This document shows positions 40,361 through 52,300 of a stretch of 64,000 bases of DNA, piece after piece. Within the stretch, counting starts at the first letter, position 1. Each line of letters starts with the position of its first letter. Source of the stretch: Monocercomonoides exilis PA203. Taxonomy: Eukaryota > Protista > Preaxostyla. The DNA lies in NCBI GenBank assembly GCA_001643675.2, contig LSRY02000058.1, positions 124,001 to 188,000 on the forward strand, read 5' to 3'. A program made the translations under genes and the position numbers. The notes below the pieces were generated by a model. The model worked only from the letters and a program-made list of their open reading frames with translations, was not told the DNA's origin and did not search any database.

Positions 40361-43300
40361 ATGTATGAAGATGATTTTTTTGAAGACATTGAAAGTGATT
40401 ATGATGTATGCTACACATAAATCATAATTTATTTTAATTTGTGCAACAGATGAGAATTTATGATTATTTTTTTTAAAATTGTTTATTGTTTGATAATTGT
40501 ATTTTTATGTATTTCAGATGTATTTTTTTGAAATTATCTTTAATAATATCATCATTTTTCTTTTGTGATTATGATTTTTGTTTATCATTGAATTATTTTT
40601 TAGGATTTTTCAACAAGTCCTTTAACAACAGAAAATGCAGATTTACCTTTATCTCGTCCAAAAGATGTATCATCATCACTAAGTGAGATTAAATCTGAGT
40701 CATATGAACGCATAAACGAAAATGTACAAGATCCTATCAATCAAAATTCGAATGAACTTTTGAGCGCTGAAAACGAAAGCTTTAAAACAAATTCAGAAAA
40801 CAAACCAACACCAGTTCGCTCTCCAAGCAGTTCAACAAATATTGAATCAAAAAATTCACAAAAGGAAAAAGCAAAATCAATGAATTCTTCTCCTTTAAAG
40901 ACAGTGTCAACAAGGTCCGATACGCCAGAATCTGAAATGTACTATGAAGCTGTTAATGATGCAGAATACGATATGATTGTGAAATTAAACAAAATAATAA
41001 AGAAAGAAAACGAGCAAATGAAGCGCCAACTTCAAAGAGCAGGATTTCAGGTGGAAAAAGTGATTGAGCTTGAGAATGAAAAAAAGGAACAAGAAAACAA
41101 GATTAAAGAACTGGAGAAAGAAACAAGGTTATTAAAAAGGCTGCTGAAGCAGAAAGAAGACGCGCTGTTGAAAGAAGCACAAGCCACAGAGTCCATTCCT
41201 TCTGTGATGGGACACCTGAGAGGCGAGCTGAAGGCAACGCAGATGAGAGAAAAAGAAGTGCAGAAGAGAGCAGCCGATTTGAGCAAAGCGGTGCGAAAGG
41301 AAGGAAAAGCAAAAGAGAAGTTTGATGAATCAGATTTTTCCTGTTATTTTAATTAACTTGATATTTTCATTTATTGCATTCATCAATCTTTTTTTTCATT
41401 TATTCCATCAAAAATGATCTTTTGTCATTTTTCTTTCATTTCCTCAATCCCTTACATTTTTTTTTCTCATTTGCTTTCCACCTTTTCTTTCTTTCTTTAT
41501 TTTTCCCAGATTACAACAGACATTGAAGCAGACCCGTGATGGCCTCGAAACCGTCAAGCAGATAGCAGCAGAAGCATTCGAATCTTCAAAGGACGAAAGA
41601 GAAGGAGAAGGAGAAGGAGAAGAAGAGGACAGCACAAACAAAGTGTTTCTGACCGAAAGCGAACCAAAATCTCCTTCATCGGATTCATCAGCCGTTTCGG
41701 AGAAGCAGAAGAATGCAATTGGAGAAATAATACAGATTGTGAGTCAGATCAGTGATAAACCTGGTTCTTCGACTACTTCTTCTTCTTCACCATATCCCAT
41801 TTCAACCACATTTCGCTCATTTTCAAACTCATCGTCTTCTTCCTCTCCCTCTTCTTTCTCCTCCTCCTCTTCCTCCACTTCACCTTCCTCTTTCAACACA
41901 GCCACCTCTTTTATTTCCTCTCTTCCTCCGTCTGTCATCAACACATTGTCTTCCTTCCACACACGCGCACCACAACGCAAACAGCATGCTCTTTCGTATC
42001 CTTCCTCAAAAACCCCAACACCAACATCTTCATCCTTCACTCATTCTTCCTCCTCCTCCTCTTCCTCTTCTTCTTCCTCTTCCTCATCCTCATCCAACAG
42101 TCCTCTCCCTTCTCATCTCCCCCACTCGGTTCTTGTCCCTCTCCACTCTTTCCTCCCACCAGACGCCAAAGACACAGAGATAGAAAGACTACGTTCTCAA
42201 TCGGCAGTTCTGTTCCAGACGAAAACAGAGACGAAGCTGAGGCATTTCCGCGAGAGGGAGAAGATGCAGAGGCAGCTGGAGCAGATGAGGGCGATGATAC
42301 AGGAGAGAGAAAGAGAACTGGCGAGGAGAGAAAGAGAGGTACAATGTGTGACGATCCAGGCGAATGGAGGGTGGAGGGTGGCGGAGCCGAGGAAGAGGAG
42401 GGAGATTATTGAGAGGTTGCTGAAGGAGGAAGGAGAAAGGGAAGAAGGAAGGGAAGGAAGGGAAGGGGAAGGAGGGGAAGGAGGAAGAGGGGAAAGAAGA
42501 GGAGAAGGAATAAAAGGAAGAGGAAGAGAAGGAAGAGAAGGAAATGGAAGAGGAGGGCAGAAGATGATGTTGTACGAAGATGTTGACAAATCAGACACAC
42601 CTTATTCGTATTCGATGTCAGCAGCGTCTGGAATGAACAGGTTGGCAGCGGGTGAAAAGATATGTTCATTTAAAGTGGAAGAAGAAGAAGAAGAAGATGA
42701 TGATAACGTGAAGGAAATAGAAATGGATGAAAGGAAAAGAAAGAAGAAGAAGAAGAGGAGGAGGAAGATGAATGAGTTGAAAGCAAAAGAGGAGGAGGAA
42801 GAAGAAAATCAAAAACAATTCGAAGAGAACGAAGAAAGCGAAGCAAAAAAATCAACGGAAGATGAAGGAGAAAATATTAAAACAAATAAGAAGAAGAAGA
42901 AGAAAAAGAAAAAGAAGAAGAAATCGAATAAAAGTGACATATCTGAATCAGAATGTGTTGTTAATGAGATTTTAATGGAGGATATTGAGGAAGAACAAAT
43001 GGAAATAACAAATGGAAAGAATGAAAAGAAAGACAAAAAAGACAAAAATGAAACGAAAGATAAGAAAGAAAGAAAAGATGAAAAAGAAGAGAAAAACAAC
43101 AAAGATGATAAAGATGATAAAGAATGCGATATTTCTTTTGAAAAGCTCAATTCAACTTCTCTTTCAACAGAAGAAGAAATAGCAGATAAATTTGAAAATT
43201 TAATGAAAAACAACGAATTAACAGAAGAAAAGGATGTATTTGGTTACTATTCACACAAAATGAAATGTACTGCTTGCGAACTTTCAACCGACAGAAAGTC

Positions 43301-43637
43301 ACAAACAAAGGAAATTCCGCATTTGACGCAAAATTTTGACAGAAAAACGGAAGATGATTCAAAAACTACCCAAATTTTATCTGATTTGCAGGAAAAACCA
43401 CTTTCTTCTGAAGAAAACGATCGGTCATTCACATTGTTGAAGAATAATCCTTCCTTTCCCTCAAAATCAATTAAGCAACAAATAGAAGGTGCAACGGATG
43501 AAATTATTTTGAAAGACTTTGATGATCCGCACAATTCAGAAAATAGCAAAAAGAAGGATGAAGATTTATTAGAAAAAAATGTTCTTGAAAAAATAGAATT
43601 TGAAGATGAAGATAATCCATTTTCTTTTAAATTATGA
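40361..43637 (+). CDS. Hypothetical coiled-coil protein (3 exons)
   Basis: MYEDDFFEDIESDYD|DFST splices in frame to ORF 40760, then to ORF 41523. Heptad-rich and low-complexity segments. Confidence 0.7.
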
Positions 43638-43786
43638 AAACTTTTATTTGTTAATAGTCTGTATTATTTTATTAATGTGTGAAAAAATCGAATATTGTAT
43701 TAATAATTTTTCTCCTATTTTTAACTTTCAGATTTTTTAGTAGCCCATAATTTTCTTTATGAATTATTCTTTATGTTGTTTTTTAC

Positions 43787-46700
43787 ATGTGTAACATATA
43801 TTTTATGCTCATTGCATTTATTTTAACATTGCATCGATGCATCTCAATTGATTTTTCAGACAAGCATCTTTTTAGTGATGAAACCCCACAAAAACTTAAA
43901 CTTATGTTTGAAACTCGCTCAAATGATGCAAATTTATCAAAACACAATGTAAATTTGGACAGAGCTTTAAAACAAAACAAAGGAAAATTTATTTATTCGG
44001 ATTCACCCCATTTTAGTTCAATTAAGAACACATTTTTACTTTCTAATTCTTCAGTTCAGTTTTATAAGTTGCTCATCATTTATCAGAACAGCAAACCAGT
44101 TTCTAATTATGATTATAATTCAAAGTTTACCATGCATTCATGTGCGTTGTTAATTTTAACTGAACTCTGTACCAGTCCTTTTTTTACAACAGATGGATCA
44201 ATAGAATTAAATAATTTAACGCTTACTCTGAAAGACCCTTCAACTAATGTTATACCGTTAATATCATCTTCAAAATCTTCTTTTGAAACTCATTCAGGTT
44301 CCTTGTGCATTTCACATTCAATGTTTTCTTCCTTTATTTTATCATCCACACCATTTTTATCTTCTCAATTCATTTCATTAAATTCACTTGAACACAATCA
44401 ATTCACAAACATCTCCATACACCCTCGTTCTAAAAATGTGCCAAACGATTGCATTTCTTCGGCCACTATTTCTTGCTGTTCATTTTTCACGGTTTGTGAT
44501 GTTTTTTATGGAGGAATTGTCCATTCCATAAATGCACATTCAAATAGTTTGAATACATTTAACAATACATATAAGCTATGTATACACAATTCAATAAAAC
44601 CAAAAGTTATTACATCACAGCAAATTCTATCCAAATCAAATTCGTATGAATTCATCTATGACGAATTTTTAACATGCCATCCAGATTATGATGGTTCATT
44701 TTTCCCTTCAACTTCAAATGCAACTGATACATCATTGTGTGGTGGAGCAATTTGCTTTGTTCAAGAGCAATTATCAGCAACATCTTCTTTGAAGCTTCAG
44801 TTTTGTTCGTTCAATGAGTGCTTCTGCGAAATGGCTGGAGGGGCTGTTTTTTTGCGTGGAGCAATTAATTTCGTCTGCGAAAACTCTTCTTTCCTGATGT
44901 GCCATGCTACGTGGCAAGGAGGATGCGGAGGAGGAATCTTTGCAGACAGAATTGATGGTCAGGCCACGTTCGATAAAGGAAGTTTCATGAGATGCAGAGC
45001 AGGTAAATGCGGAGGAGGAATGTTTTTTAGCTTCGAGAAGACGAAATTGAAGCAGCACAAAAGCGAAAATATGGAGGCGGCAGAGATGATTGAGATGACT
45101 GTTACTCAAAATTGTATATTTTACAACTGCAAATGCAATAACACGGTGCATTCATTTGGTGGCGGCTGCTGTCTTTTTTGTGATGATGACAATAAATTCA
45201 TTCAATTAAGGAATACAATTTTTCATTTATGCGATGCTTCTGTAGGGATGTCGATAGTCTTTCAGCTCAGCAACGTCTTCAATGAATTTACGGCGAGTCA
45301 TTTCCATTTTTACTATGTGGCTTTTAAACACAACAAGGAACTGGATTATAATTCGAGAGAAAAAGAATTATTTGATGATATTACTCCAACAAATAATGAC
45401 AGAAACGAAGATAATGAAGCAGCCTTTGGATCTTTCCGTGCTTTCAACTCAGAATTTATGAGTCAATTACAATTTATGTGCAATTGCTCGCAACTCAGTG
45501 ATAAACCTCGCATTAATGTGCTCTTCTGGGATGCTGTTGGCGTATGGAATCCTGTTGGAGATTTTAAACCTTGTGATCATTCGTGCTGGTTCGGCAAAAG
45601 AGATGGCGATGCAATATTGCTTCAAAAAAATGCAGTTACAGACGTCAGTTCTTGGCTGAAAAACGTCACATTCTTCTACATTGGAGGTGAAGATGCAATT
45701 GATTCACCTGCTTGCGGAATGCTACAGTCCCTTCCGTGTGCGTCACTAGAACCAGCATTAAATGGGAGATGCGAATATGAAACTTCTTTGTATATAATTG
45801 GTGATGTTGCACCAATAAAATCTCAGCTTCTTTTCTTCCAAGAGAGAATAACATTCATGGTATACAAAGGAGTTAAACCAATAGAAATCCACTCTCGTTT
45901 ACAGGAACAAGAAAGTGTCTTCAGCTTATTTGGAACAGAACTTGTAATGATGTATGCCTCTTTCTATTTTGGCAAATCACAAGTCGATTCGATGGTTTCA
46001 TTCTGCTATCAGCATTCAATTTTTAGTGATAAGAACGTGTTTTTATCATTCAGCAGCTTCAATCTGACTGGCCCAAACGCTGAATCATCATCCGGTGCGA
46101 TGACAACAACATTCTTTTATAATCCAATGTTTGTCATATATAATGCTGGTCTTTCAATTAGTGACTCAACTATCAGCCACTTTTCATTTTCTGAATCTCC
46201 ACTGATTTCATTAAGAGGAAAGCATTATAATCTTATGCTAGCACTAGCTGTATTCAATGACATTAGCACTCGAAAATCGCAATCTGCAATAGTCAAAATA
46301 AATCAAACAAAAGCAGATTCTTCGCCTTTGCAGTTTGTTTGTGCCAATTCAACATTTAAGTCGATAAAGGCAACATCTTCGAATAGCGGAGGAGCTATGG
46401 ACCTTTTAACAAATTTTTATGGAGATATTTCATTGAAACATACCGCTTTCCAAGAATGCGAAGCAGAGCAAACAGAATTCGGCCGAGGTGGAGCACTTTT
46501 CTGCACATGTGATAACTTGCATGCGACTCCTTTGCTGAAAAGCATGATCTTCCAGGACAATTTGGCAAATTGTGCCAATGACATTTTTATAATATGCGAT
46601 TCATTCACCCAAATTAATAGCAGTACAATATCTTTCGAATATTCTCATTGCAGCGTCAATGAAGCAAACAGCTTCATGGGGCGGCTGAAAAATAAACTAG

Positions 46701-48886
46701 ATATTGTGAATCTTCTTCCACAAATAATTTGCTATGAGGCTGAGACAATTTTCACTTCATCAACACACGAAAATGCATCTGATGAAGAGAAATGTGGTTC
46801 ATTAAAGCTTCCATGCAAGACGATGGATGTTGCTAGCACACATGTCAATCACACGACCTTAGGCCGATTGCTGATTATTGGGAATGCAAGCATTGGTAGA
46901 TCTTCACAATTGATTAACACAGAAATATCATCGTTTTCTGATGAGAACAGCTATTTCATTTTCAACAATACTATGATTACGACTAATGTTTTAACATGCA
47001 GCGAAAATGTTGTCTTTTCCTCATTGTATTTTTTGTTTGATTCATGCAAATTGCAAAATGACGAATCAATATTTTTTGTGAATGGACCAACTAACATATC
47101 ATCATCAACTTTTCAGCAGATTGAAAGCAGTTCGATGAATTTTGACTTTCAACGGCTTTCGTCTAATGAAAAGCAGTATTTGGGGATCATTTTGTTGAGC
47201 GTTTTTGAGACTCAACTGACATTACATGACATAAGGTTTATTGATTTCACAGTCAATAAGCCTCTTTTTTTATTCTACTTCAATACTAGCATTACCATGA
47301 GAAATATTACATTTTCTTCTATAGAACTGAATGAAACCTCAATTGTTCAATCTGTCCATAATAACAATCAACCATCAATTGCAGACTTTCCAATATATTC
47401 TTCGATGGAAGATTCCATTTCTTCTTTTCGTTACAGTCTCTTTCGCAGACAATCTGATAAAAGTTTTTCATTGATGAGCGTTTCCAGATTTGACAACGAC
47501 AATAGCATACAAGATATAAACATGAAAAACATTGCTTTTACAAACCTTTCTTTAAGCAATTCCACTCTTATATTTTTAGATTTTCCAAAAACCTATTCCA
47601 ACACCAGCTTTTCAATGAAAGAAATCAAACTGTCAAACATCAAGCTTCTTTCTCAACAAGAAAATCCTCTGTTTGTGTATTGCAAAAATAATAATTTCGC
47701 CATTTATCAAATATATTTGGATATTTCCGATCTCTTTGTCTCTAACTGCAGTGTTCCAAAGATTTCTGGTTCACTTATCTTAGCTTCAAATGTCAGCTTT
47801 CAATTAAAATACTCACAAATTATGAATCAACGATTATCACAGGGAACATCATGCAGCAAATTGCAATTGACAGACAAAGTTAAACGTAGTGAATCAATTC
47901 CTCAATCATTAAAAAGTAACCAGGAAGTAATTAGGAATGGAATAGAAAGATGGAAAGAAGAAGAAGAAGAAGAAGCAGCAGATTCTATATGCCTTTGGAA
48001 CACTTCCATTATTCAAATGAAAAACTGCACATCAATCGTGGATAATGTACAGATTTCTGGTTTTTCTGTTGGAGCATTTATTATCCAAGGAGGAACAGCA
48101 AATATCACATCGTGTCAGTTTTTGAACAATTCAGCCACCGAAAATGACATGCTCATATCACGGAACATTGTGTGTCGTGACAACGCTTCAATTGATTTTG
48201 TTAATGTAACCACTTCAGCGACTGATGATTCTCTGTGGATTGTTAATGAAGGATGTACATTTAGCGGTGCTTTTTCAACAGAAGAGATCTTTTTTGCCCA
48301 CCCGTCACTGTCAAACATGACATTTGATTCACAAAATGGTACTTGCTTTCTACACTTCGTTGGAAATAATATCCTCCCTTGCAACATGACATTCTCATTT
48401 GTGGAATACTCCAAGCAGCCAACAGAATTCATTATAGATGGAACTTTAACAGAGTTTCAGGGCTCTACTGCTGCAGTCGGCGTAATAGGGCAAAAAACAA
48501 TGTCCAGAATACAATATGAGCATCCAAATGCTGCTGCTGCAATTGTGTGTTGGGGTGCGAATCCATTGAAAAACATGACAAGTAATCCTATTCGATTATT
48601 TAGTATCACTCCAAGAGATACTCCTCATTTCCCCACGAAAATAGTTGTTTCTATTGCTGTTTCAGTTGTTTTTGTTATTGTTTGCATTATCATTCTTTCA
48701 TTTATTATTGCTTCAAAATGGAAGCGAAGGAAAAAGAAAACAGGGAAAGCGTGTGTTGACAGTGGTGTGTTTTCGGTGAACAGATCAAATCTAATATCTG
48801 ACACATCACAACTACTGCCAACTGAATCAATTCCGAGCGATGTTCAAGAACCAAACTTCGAAGAAGATGACGAGGATTTTATTTGA
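43787..48886 (+). CDS. Large type I membrane surface protein, beta-helix (Pmp/pectin-lyase-like) family
   Basis: 1699-aa single ORF with an N-terminal hydrophobic signal, GGA(I/V/L) repeats, CG...PC motifs, TM helix IVVSIAVSVVFVIVCIIILSFII, a basic stop-transfer segment and an acidic tail. Confidence 0.85.
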   Translation: MCNIYFMLIAFILTLHRCISIDFSDKHLFSDETPQKLKLMFETRSNDANLSKHNVNLDRALKQNKGKFIYSDSPHFSSIKNTFLLSNSSVQFYKLLIIYQNSKPVSNYDYNSKFTMHSCALLILTELCTSPFFTTDGSIELNNLTLTLKDPSTNVIPLISSSKSSFETHSGSLCISHSMFSSFILSSTPFLSSQFISLNSLEHNQFTNISIHPRSKNVPNDCISSATISCCSFFTVCDVFYGGIVHSINAHSNSLNTFNNTYKLCIHNSIKPKVITSQQILSKSNSYEFIYDEFLTCHPDYDGSFFPSTSNATDTSLCGGAICFVQEQLSATSSLKLQFCSFNECFCEMAGGAVFLRGAINFVCENSSFLMCHATWQGGCGGGIFADRIDGQATFDKGSFMRCRAGKCGGGMFFSFEKTKLKQHKSENMEAAEMIEMTVTQNCIFYNCKCNNTVHSFGGGCCLFCDDDNKFIQLRNTIFHLCDASVGMSIVFQLSNVFNEFTASHFHFYYVAFKHNKELDYNSREKELFDDITPTNNDRNEDNEAAFGSFRAFNSEFMSQLQFMCNCSQLSDKPRINVLFWDAVGVWNPVGDFKPCDHSCWFGKRDGDAILLQKNAVTDVSSWLKNVTFFYIGGEDAIDSPACGMLQSLPCASLEPALNGRCEYETSLYIIGDVAPIKSQLLFFQERITFMVYKGVKPIEIHSRLQEQESVFSLFGTELVMMYASFYFGKSQVDSMVSFCYQHSIFSDKNVFLSFSSFNLTGPNAESSSGAMTTTFFYNPMFVIYNAGLSISDSTISHFSFSESPLISLRGKHYNLMLALAVFNDISTRKSQSAIVKINQTKADSSPLQFVCANSTFKSIKATSSNSGGAMDLLTNFYGDISLKHTAFQECEAEQTEFGRGGALFCTCDNLHATPLLKSMIFQDNLANCANDIFIICDSFTQINSSTISFEYSHCSVNEANSFMGRLKNKLDIVNLLPQIICYEAETIFTSSTHENASDEEKCGSLKLPCKTMDVASTHVNHTTLGRLLIIGNASIGRSSQLINTEISSFSDENSYFIFNNTMITTNVLTCSENVVFSSLYFLFDSCKLQNDESIFFVNGPTNISSSTFQQIESSSMNFDFQRLSSNEKQYLGIILLSVFETQLTLHDIRFIDFTVNKPLFLFYFNTSITMRNITFSSIELNETSIVQSVHNNNQPSIADFPIYSSMEDSISSFRYSLFRRQSDKSFSLMSVSRFDNDNSIQDINMKNIAFTNLSLSNSTLIFLDFPKTYSNTSFSMKEIKLSNIKLLSQQENPLFVYCKNNNFAIYQIYLDISDLFVSNCSVPKISGSLILASNVSFQLKYSQIMNQRLSQGTSCSKLQLTDKVKRSESIPQSLKSNQEVIRNGIERWKEEEEEEAADSICLWNTSIIQMKNCTSIVDNVQISGFSVGAFIIQGGTANITSCQFLNNSATENDMLISRNIVCRDNASIDFVNVTTSATDDSLWIVNEGCTFSGAFSTEEIFFAHPSLSNMTFDSQNGTCFLHFVGNNILPCNMTFSFVEYSKQPTEFIIDGTLTEFQGSTAAVGVIGQKTMSRIQYEHPNAAAAIVCWGANPLKNMTSNPIRLFSITPRDTPHFPTKIVVSIAVSVVFVIVCIIILSFIIASKWKRRKKKTGKACVDSGVFSVNRSNLISDTSQLLPTESIPSDVQEPNFEEDDEDFI

Positions 48887-49328
48887 GAGCTCATCGTTGT
48901 AGTATTTTTACATGTATTTTTATGTTTTTTAATTTTTCTTTCTTTCTTTTAATTTTTTACAAATTTCATTCCTTTGATATTTGATTATTTGTTCGTTGGT
49001 TTAATCCAACTTTTTTACAATTTCTATAATTTTTTTTTAAAGGAAAATATTACATGAAGAGTAATTTCTGCAAATTTGTTCAATTTCTTATTTTCTTTTG
49101 GTGTTAAACTCAATTTATCAAAAATAACAAAAAGAAAAAGACTGGTTGTTTCAATATCTTTAATGAGATGCTAAGAACAAACAGATTCAGTGAATCTTTA
49201 GCTGACGGGAGTTTAATAATGATGTTGATTTAATAAAAAAGAAACAAAAAAAAAAAAAATAATCAACAATTCTAATTAAAAAATTAAAAAAATAAAAAAA
49301 ATCGCCGAATGAGATGTGGAATAAAATT

Positions 49329-52300
49329 CTATTCATCCGCAAGTGGCCGCGGGCTATCTGAGGAAATGGTTTCAACATTAAGTGTAACAAGCGTCTCTTT
49401 CAATTCAGGAAGGAAAACTTCAATCCACACAGGGAAAGATTCAAGGTTAGTTACGGTGTTCTGATAAAAAGTGAGATTAATTAGATGAATAAAGAAAGAA
49501 AATAGAAGAGTATGGAAAAAAATGAATAAAATATATAAACAATTTGTTTAAGTTAAAAAAAATAAAGATATCACAAACATCTAACACAAAAACAGGATTT
49601 CCATTTCTGCAATACTGTGCAACAATATTCTCAGAGTGTGAAAGAGCATCACAAGTATTCTCGTTTGCCCATTCTGGCTGAGGCTTTCCAATCGAAAACA
49701 TCGCATTTGCAAAGCCAACACCAGAAGTCACACGGACAATGGCAAATGAATTGCTGATTGGCTATTAAGAAAAAAGAAAGAAAGAAAGAAAAGAAAAGAA
49801 AAGAAATAAGTTTTGAATCAATTTATTTATTTATCGAAAAACATAATGATTTATTAATTTATTTTTTAAAATGAAAATGTAACATTTTTTTAAAATGCAA
49901 AAAATAAATGAAATTTGCATACCATTTCACTTGTTTTCAGTACAACATGCACAAACTTCGGGGATCCTTCGCAGTGAACAATAGAAGTCTGCAACTTACC
50001 ACCCTCTTGCACAACCCTTCCCTGTGCAAAGATCGAATTCACTCCTCCAAACACAGATTTGAACGGGAGCGAGCGAATAGGATCGTCGTTCGAGGCTTTG
50101 GAAGAGAACTTGTCGAATATCTCTGAAAGATCAAAATCATCTTCATCATCATCATCTTCTTCTTCTTCTCCTTCTGCTCCTTCTTTGCTTTCTTTCGTCA
50201 ATTGAACAAGCGTCTTTATTATTCTCATTTCTTCTTCTTCTTTCTTCTCTTCTTCGTCCTTTGCGCTTTCCTTCAAAGAATCCCTTGCCAATTTTCTGTT
50301 CTGCTGTTTCTTGTGTATTTCTGCTGCTTCCTCAATCAGCCGAGCCAACTGCTCAGATTTCCTCTTCCTCACATCTCTTTCAACGTCTTTTTTCACAACT
50401 GACTGCAAAACACGCAAAATGCGTTCTTCTTCTGTTTCTCCTTCAATTCCCCCTTCTTCTTTTCTTCCTCCTTTGACTGCGCTCTCTTCGAACCCAACCA
50501 CCAGCAGTGGCTCGTTATTCGCCTCTTCCGACTCCAGAGACAGTATATCCACTCGATTCGCATCCAGAATCATCTCGCGTGGATACATCGCATCCCTCAC
50601 AATGGCAACTGTATCACCCTGTGAGGGATCAGGAGAGGGGCCTAATGCAACCACCCCTGTTTTCACTTGGAGGTCGTTGCCAATGGCGAGTGAAGGATGA
50701 GCATTGGGATCAGAATTTTCATTGGAAGCGGATGTGTCCTTGCGGGAGGTGTGCTTCTTTCTGCGCTGGGACGGGGCGATTGTGGAGATGGTGTTGCTTT
50801 CTATGATAATTGAATCAGTCTGTTTAATTTTTATTTGAAAATTAGAAAGAAAAGGATAAATAATATTGGAAAATACAAAAAAATGAATAAAAGAAATAAA
50901 ATTTAAAAGGAAAATAAAATATTCCTCAATTCAAACCAAAAGCCTGTCTGTCTCAGCGATCAATGAAGATGTGTCACTTTGAGGAGTGATCACAGTATTG
51001 CCGTTGCTATCCTCGCCAATCGCAGCAGATTGAATGAAAAGTGGGGCATTTACTGATGCAAAGGCATCATGAAGAGCGAATTGGGTGTGTTCTGAAAAAG
51101 AGAAGAAAAAATAAAAAAAAGGAAAAAATAAAAGAAAAGAAAAAGAAAAATAAGCATTAAAAAGAAGATATTCACAAGCAGGAAAATAAAAAAATAAATG
51201 CATTTTTTTCAAATAAAGCCCAAAATCAAATGAAAACCCCTACTCCATCACCAAACCAGTTGATACAGAAACAGTTCCTTTCGCCTCAATCCCAAACGCA
51301 TCCGACGCTTTGATCCTATTTCCCATCACATCCACCGTCTCACTCGATGCTGAGCCGATCCTCACTCCTTCCCTCGCTGTCATCGACCCCGCCACCTCAC
51401 ATCCCCCTCTCACCCACGTGTTTCCAGTCACTTCCAGGTCATCTGCCGTCACATCAGCTGATTGAATGGACTGCGACACCACATTCGCTAGTGTGGATGT
51501 GAGGGGCACATTCAAAGAATTTGTGCTGAATGAAGCAACGTGGATGCTCCGCACGTTTGTGATGTCTGAGTCTGAGGCATCGATCGCCCCACGGAACACA
51601 ATACGAGGAGTTGTATCGGGTTCTTCTGAGACTTTGGTATTGGTATTTCCATTGACATTATCTTTGGAATCATTTGTGTTAGTTTCTGAAGAAGAAGAAG
51701 AAGAAGATGTTGATAATGATGATGATGATGACAAAGATGATTCAGGTGTGGCTGGAAGCGCCTCAAACACAATCGGAGCGTCTGTTGTCTTAATCGTCGA
51801 AGTACTTCCATCAATCTGCATCTTCCCGAATTTGATGTTATCACCCAAAAATGAGACAGACGAATTCACTTCCAAATGGTCCACTGAAGATAACTCATTC
51901 CGCATTGTGGGAGCGTAAACACCCAAGTTGCTTATTTCAAACAGCAAAGCAGTTGCCCTGGCTGGTGATGCGTTGTCTGAAACAGGCATTATCTGCTCAG
52001 CGAATGAAGAAGAAGAAGCAGAAGCAGCATCTTCCGGTTTTGTAACTTTGAACATTTCTGAAGAAGAAGATGATGATTGTGTTGAAAACATCTTTTCTTG
52101 TCCTAATAGATCATCAACTGTTAGTTCAGATAGAGGAGTATTCAAAATCTTCTCCCTTTTCTCTTCTGTTAGCTTTTTCATTGATCCTTCATTCAAATCA
52201 GCTTCAATTTTCCTTTTATTCAACCACTGCTTCGCATTTCTCGGTGTCTTCACAGGAATTTTCGGCGAATGCACCTGAATGTAGCTGTTTGTGTCTGGCG